A stretch of DNA of 36,752 bases, from contig JBKOZJ010000090.1 in the NCBI GenBank assembly GCA_046725875.1, positions 1 to 36,752 on the forward strand, read 5' to 3'. Positions 32,109-36,752 of this stretch are shown here, piece by piece. The stretch's first letter is position 1. Each line of letters opens with the position of its first letter. Below the pieces are notes generated by a model. It worked only from the letters and a program-made list of their open reading frames with translations. It did not search any database and was not told the DNA's origin. The translations under genes were made by a program, and so were the position numbers. This DNA comes from Actinomycetota bacterium (GTDB lineage Bacteria > Actinomycetota > Actinomycetes > JAKEEW01).

Positions 32109-33320
32109 CTACCGCCGCTTCTTGCCAGAGGGGCGGCGCTTGGACTTACTGCCGGGCCGTGAACCGGAGCGCTTGGGCTGCTGGCGGGGCACCCCCGGCC
32201 GAGCCGCTCCGGCCGCGACGGGCGTTGGTGCCGCCTCCTCGGCCTGCTCCGGCGCCTCCTCCGCCGTCTCGACCGCCGGCTCGGGTGCCTGCTCGGGTGC
32301 CGGCTTTGTACGACGAGCAGCGGCTGTGCCCCTGGCCGCCTTGGTAGCCGCGATCTGGCGGGCGGCGACGCGGCGGGCCAACTGCTTGTATTGCGGCTCG
32401 CGCTCCTTCAGGTCGGCGAGCAACGGCGTCGCGATGAAGATCGACGAGTATGTGCCGACGAGGATTCCGACGAACAGCGCGAGCGCGAGGTCCGGCAACA
32501 CGCCCTGCCCGAGCACGACCGTTCCGACGAAGAGGATCGCGGCTACTGGCAGGAGCGCGATCACGGACGTGTTGATCGAGCGGACCAGCGTCTGGTTGAG
32601 CGCGAGGTTCGCGGCCTGACTGTAGGTCTGGCGGGAAGAGCCGAGCAGACCTCTCGTGTTCTCACGGACCTTGTCGAACACGACCACGGTGTCGTAGAGC
32701 GAGTAGCCGAGAATCGTCAGGAATCCGATCACGGTCGCCGGCGTCACCGAGAAGCCGACCAAAGCGTAGATGCCGACCGTGATCAGCACGTCGTGCGCGA
32801 GGGTGGCGATTGCCGCGACCGCCATTCGCCACTCGAACATCATGGCCAGGAAGATCGCCACCAGCACCAGGAAGACGACCAGAGCCTGGACCGCTTTGCG
32901 AGTGATCTCCTCCCCCCACGTCGGGCCGATCTGCTGGACGCTGACTTGATCAGAGCGGACGCCCGCCTCCTCGGCGAGAGCGTTCTTTACCCGCTGCGAC
33001 TCGTCGGCGGAGATGGGTGGCGTCTCCACTGTGATCTGCGTGCCGGACGGCGCCCGGGTCTCGGTGACCCTGATCTCGTCCTTGACGATCCCCCCGGCCA
33101 CCCGGCGAGCATCCTCGACGGAAATCGAGGTCTTCGGCAGCTCGAAGGAAGCGCCGCCCTTGAATTCGATGCCGAGCTGGAGCCCCTTGGTGAGCAGGGC
33201 GGCCACTGCAACGATGACGAGGACGGCCGAGATCGCGTACCAGCGCTTTTGCTTACCGACGAAGTCGTAGGAGACGTCGCCGCGATAGAGGCGGCTACCG
33301 AGGTTCCCTACGCGCGACAT
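32109..33320 (-). CDS. secF: Protein translocase subunit SecF
   Basis: GIEFKGG, LAHDV, GYSLYDTVVVFDKVREN, RSINTS, GTYSSIFIA. Confidence 0.96.
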   Translation of the reverse strand: MSRVGNLGSRLYRGDVSYDFVGKQKRWYAISAVLVIVAVAALLTKGLQLGIEFKGGASFELPKTSISVEDARRVAGGIVKDEIRVTETRAPSGTQITVETPPISADESQRVKNALAEEAGVRSDQVSVQQIGPTWGEEITRKAVQALVVFLVLVAIFLAMMFEWRMAVAAIATLAHDVLITVGIYALVGFSVTPATVIGFLTILGYSLYDTVVVFDKVRENTRGLLGSSRQTYSQAANLALNQTLVRSINTSVIALLPVAAILFVGTVVLGQGVLPDLALALFVGILVGTYSSIFIATPLLADLKEREPQYKQLARRVAARQIAATKAARGTAAARRTKPAPEQAPEPAVETAEEAPEQAEEAAPTPVAAGAARPGVPRQQPKRSGSRPGSKSKRRPSGKKRR

Positions 33321-35050
33321 CAGGCCTCCTCAGCGGCCGCCCGGCGGCGGCCGACGATCGTCTGCGGCTCTCCGGTGGCGACCCGGCGTCTTGCACCGAG
33401 CCGCTCAGGGTCGAGACCAGACCACTTGTGACCCTGTCCGAAGAACTTTGTACGGGCAAGGAGCGCGACTAGCGGCTTGGTGAACAGGAACACGACGATC
33501 ACGTCAATGATCGTGGTCAGTCCCAGCGCGAAGGCGAAGCCCCGAACGCCGCCGATCGCGAGGATGTAGAGCAGCGCCGCCGCCAGGAACGACACGGAGT
33601 CGGCGACGAGGATGGTTCGCCGCGCCCGGCGCCAGCCGTGCTCGACCGCGGCGCGAAGGCTGCGCCCCTCGCGCACCTCGTCGCGTATTCGTTCGAAGAA
33701 CACGACGAACGAGTCGGCCGTGATGCCGATGGCCACGATCAGGCCGGCGACGCCGGCGAGGGTCAGCGTGAACCCGATCCACTCGCCAAGCAGCACCACA
33801 GACGCGTAGGTGAGCAACGCGGCGACGCCGAGGCTGCCGATGGACACCAGCCCGAGCCCCCGGTAATAGATGACTGAGTAGATAACGACCAGCCCAAGGC
33901 CGATCGCACCGGCGATCAGGCCGGCCCGCAGGTAGTCACTACCAAGTGTCGCGGAGATCTGGTTCAGCTCACTCTGGTCGAAGGCGAGCGGCAGCGCGCC
34001 GTACTTCAGCACGTTGGCCAGATCCTTCGCCTCGCTCTGCGTGAAGTCGCCGGTGATTTGAGCGTTGCCGCCCGGGATCTCGCTCTGCACCACTGGTGCT
34101 GATACGACGGTCCCATCGAGCACGATGGCGAACTGGTTCTGCGGCGACGTCTTGTTGACCAGAGCCTTCGTCGTGTCGGCGAACTGCTTCGTGCCCGTGG
34201 CGTCGAAGCTCAGGTCGACCTGCCAGCCTCCGACGCTCGTACCGCCGGGCAGGGTTGCCTCCGCGCCGTCCAGGTGGGTGCCTTCCACCGCGACCGGACC
34301 GAGAATGAACTTCGCCGTGCCGTCGCGGTCGCAGGCCACAAGCATCTTGTCGGCCGGCTCGATCTTACCCTTGCGGTCCTCGGTGGCCTTGGCGCAATTG
34401 AGCATGTCGAACTGCTTCTGGATCGCCGGGGTGATCCCGCCGCTGCCCTGATCGCCCTGCCCGGAACCAGCGGTCGCCGTGCCCGTCGGCGTAGACGTCG
34501 GGCTGGGCGAAGGTGTCGACTGCTGACCGAGCAGGGCACCACTTACGGCGCGACCGTTGTCGGTCGACGTGGGCGATGGGCTAGGCGACGCGGACCCGCT
34601 CGGAGTGGCGCTTGGGCTCGCCGACCCGCTCGGCGTCCCGGTTGGGGACGGCGTCGCGACCGCGGTTGCCTGGCCGACCTGTAGCACTGACCGGAAGCGC
34701 AGCAGCGCCGTGGACAGCAAGTCGGTCTTCAGCTCGTTGCCGGGGATACTCACGACGATGTGGTTGTCACCCTGGATGGCGACCTCGGCCTCGGCGACGC
34801 CGGTCCCGTTGACCCGGTCCTCGATAATCTGCTTTGCCTGCTCCATCGCGGACTTGGACGGGGTTCCCCGCTGCCCCTCGGGGAGCCGGGCGGTCAGCGT
34901 GACGGTCGTGCCGCCCCGCAAGTCCAGGCCCAGCTTCGGCGTCGGCTTCAAGCCCTCCAGCAGGAACATCGCGGCATACATCAGGACAAGCAGTCCCACG
35001 ATGGTCAGCAGCGCCCGGCCCGGCCGCGGCGCCGGTGTCGGTCCAGCCAA
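33320..35050 (-). CDS. secD: Protein translocase subunit SecD
   Basis: LGLDLRGG, AIVLDG, LKYGALP, GITADSFVVFFERIRDE; TTG start at 35050 after GAGGAG. Confidence 0.95.
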   Translation of the reverse strand: MAGPTPAPRPGRALLTIVGLLVLMYAAMFLLEGLKPTPKLGLDLRGGTTVTLTARLPEGQRGTPSKSAMEQAKQIIEDRVNGTGVAEAEVAIQGDNHIVVSIPGNELKTDLLSTALLRFRSVLQVGQATAVATPSPTGTPSGSASPSATPSGSASPSPSPTSTDNGRAVSGALLGQQSTPSPSPTSTPTGTATAGSGQGDQGSGGITPAIQKQFDMLNCAKATEDRKGKIEPADKMLVACDRDGTAKFILGPVAVEGTHLDGAEATLPGGTSVGGWQVDLSFDATGTKQFADTTKALVNKTSPQNQFAIVLDGTVVSAPVVQSEIPGGNAQITGDFTQSEAKDLANVLKYGALPLAFDQSELNQISATLGSDYLRAGLIAGAIGLGLVVIYSVIYYRGLGLVSIGSLGVAALLTYASVVLLGEWIGFTLTLAGVAGLIVAIGITADSFVVFFERIRDEVREGRSLRAAVEHGWRRARRTILVADSVSFLAAALLYILAIGGVRGFAFALGLTTIIDVIVVFLFTKPLVALLARTKFFGQGHKWSGLDPERLGARRRVATGEPQTIVGRRRAAAEEA

Positions 35051-35124
35051 GTTCGTCGTCTCCTCTTCCCACCCGCCAATCATCGGCGGATGCCCCTCGC
35101 ATAGCGGGCTTGCACATGTCTGGC

Positions 35125-35155
35125 CGTCGCCGTACGCCCCGCGGCAACGGCGACG
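35125..35155. other. 9-bp inverted repeat immediately after the yajC stop
   Basis: CGTCGCCGT (35125-35133)/ACGGCGACG (35147-35155). Confidence 0.35.
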
Positions 35156-35156
35156 C

Positions 35157-35498
35157 CTATTTCTCTTCTGGTCCGGCCGTCTCTTCGGGGTCGGCTGCCT
35201 CAGCAGGCTCCTCGTGCGGGGTCAGCACCCGCATGATCGCCTGCTTCGCATAGCGGTTGGTCACGCCGGGCGCGACCTCGATGACGACTACGTCGTCCTC
35301 AACGGTCGAGACCGTGCCATGGAGCCCGGATGTCGTGATGACCTCGGCACCGGGCACGAGCTGGCTCTGCACATGCACGGCCTGTTGCTGCCGGCGCCGG
35401 GCCGGACGCAAGATCAACAGATAGAAGATCCCGGCCAGCGCGATCAGCCAGATCAGCAACGTTGCGCTGCTGCCGGAGCCGTTAGCGGCGATGATCAA
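35157..35498 (-). CDS. yajC: Preprotein translocase subunit YajC
   Basis: TM ending FYLLILRP, LVPGAEVITTSGLHGTV, IEVAPGV; TTG start. Confidence 0.94.
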   Translation of the reverse strand: MIIAANGSGSSATLLIWLIALAGIFYLLILRPARRRQQQAVHVQSQLVPGAEVITTSGLHGTVSTVEDDVVVIEVAPGVTNRYAKQAIMRVLTPHEEPAEAADPEETAGPEEK

Positions 35499-35723
35499 CT
35501 TTCACACTTTCCTTCTGAGGAGGTCCGAACGAACCGCCGTTCAAGATCAGCCAAGGTAGGGCCCACGAGCGAGTGACCTCGGCGGAGTCTAGGCGAGCGT
35601 GCGATCGAGTCACAACGCCGCGTGACCGCCTTGTGTCATTCCACCGCGCTCCAGTCTCCACCACCCGGCGGTCAGCAGGGAGCCGTGACCTCCGGCTGGT
35701 GGACGCAGTGTACGGCTGGTGGC

Positions 35724-36752
35724 TCAGGTCGCCGGTCCGAAGAGCTCCTGTTGAGCGGGCCATTCGGCGGTGTCACGGCTGGAGCCGGAACGCTGCGCAG
35801 CGATGAACGCCGCCCAACCGCCATCGCGGGGTGGTGTTATGCCAAGGTGGTCCCACGCGGCCGGGGTGGCAACCCTGCCACGCGGAGTCCGCGCGAGTAG
35901 TCCTACTCGAACGAGGAACGGCTCCGCCACCTCTTCGACCGTTTCGGCTTCTTCGCCGACCGCAACCGCCAGCGTCGACAGGCCAACCGGTCCACCGCCG
36001 AACCGGACGAGCAACGCATCGAGAACGGCGCGGTCCAGGCGGTCGAGCCCACGCTGGTCGACCTCATACACCGCGAGCGCCGCCCGGGCCGCGTCCGCCG
36101 TAACCACCCCATCTCCGCGGACCTGTGCATAGTCGCGTACCCGCCGCAGGAGCCGATTCGCGATTCGCGGCGTGCCGCGCGACCGGCCGGCGATCTCTCG
36201 CCCGCCCTCAGTCGTTAGATCTACCTCCAGCAACCGGGCAGAGCGCCGCAAGATCAGCTCGAGCTCGGCCGGCTCGTAGAAGTCGAGATGTGCAGTGAAG
36301 CCGAAGCGATCACGCAGTGGTCCGGGCAAGAGCCCAGCCCGTGTCGTCGCGCCGACCAGCGTGAAGTGCGGAATCTCCAGCGGGATCGCCATCGCGCCCG
36401 GGCCCTTGCCGACGACGACATCTACCCGGAAATCCTCCATGGCCATATAGAGCATCTCTTCGGCCGGCCGCGCCATCCGATGTATCTCGTCGAGGAAGAG
36501 CACCTCCCCTTCGGCCAGTGACGACAAGATCGCGGCGAGGTCGCCGGCGTGCTGGATCGCCGGACCGCTGGTGACCCGAATCGGAGTGCCGAGCTCAGTC
36601 GCGACGATCAACGCGATCGTCGTCTTGCCCAGACCCGGTGGACCGGAGAGCAGGACGTGGTCGGGCGGTCGGCCGCGCTGCAGCGCCGCCTGGAGCACCA
36701 GGCCGAGCTGCTCGCGTACCCGCTCCTGGCCGATCAGCTCGTCCAGCCGCCG
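35724..36752 (-). CDS. ruvB: Holliday junction DNA helicase RuvB (5' end beyond window)
   Basis: [53 protein letters not shown]; frame open to the window edge. Confidence 0.97.
   Translation of the reverse strand, partial: RRLDELIGQERVREQLGLVLQAALQRGRPPDHVLLSGPPGLGKTTIALIVATELGTPIRVTSGPAIQHAGDLAAILSSLAEGEVLFLDEIHRMARPAEEMLYMAMEDFRVDVVVGKGPGAMAIPLEIPHFTLVGATTRAGLLPGPLRDRFGFTAHLDFYEPAELELILRRSARLLEVDLTTEGGREIAGRSRGTPRIANRLLRRVRDYAQVRGDGVVTADAARAALAVYEVDQRGLDRLDRAVLDALLVRFGGGPVGLSTLAVAVGEEAETVEEVAEPFLVRVGLLARTPRGRVATPAAWDHLGITPPRDGGWAAFIAAQRSGSSRDTAEWPAQQELFGPAT

Noticed and set aside
34430..34680. Pro/Ser/Thr-rich repeats in secD
   Set aside because: A common low-complexity insert of actinobacterial SecD, not a separate repeat element.
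35609..35626. GTCAC-N8-GTGAC palindrome upstream of yajC as a BldD box
   Set aside because: Spacing does not fit the 15-bp box; the best register has two mismatches.

Overview
High-GC actinomycete core-genome window, almost all on the minus strand. Order from the right end: ruvB (partial)-yajC-secD-secF-apt-rel, then a plus-strand cyclophilin/DUF349 pair, MBL hydrolase-hisS-aspS, a plus-strand DHA2 MFS transporter and a small basic Rho_N-like protein, rarA-DUF948-small membrane protein-alaS-ruvX-mltG-aroE-prepilin peptidase-aroC-aroK-aroB-aroQ-gamma-CA-like-pepQ-efp-nusB, bldD (+), and pyrR-pyrB-pyrC-pyrK (partial). I see no mobile element, CRISPR array, tRNA or rRNA, and no clearly new multi-gene system. 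Points worth follow-up: (1) carA/carB are missing between pyrC and pyrK, leaving what looks like a CarB C-terminal scar, with two minigenes that keep the stop/start overlap chain unbroken; (2) an ~84-nt three-way-junction RNA candidate downstream of rarA, with a promoter placed exactly at its 5' end; (3) a long inverted-repeat/rod structure between aspS and rarA; (4) a gamma-carbonic-anhydrase-like gene lacking the Zn ligands; (5) a prepilin peptidase with a decayed Zn domain; (6) a PyrR-binding loop, tandem BldD boxes and several leaderless promoters. All calls come from reading motifs and synteny by eye; no searches or folding programs were run.
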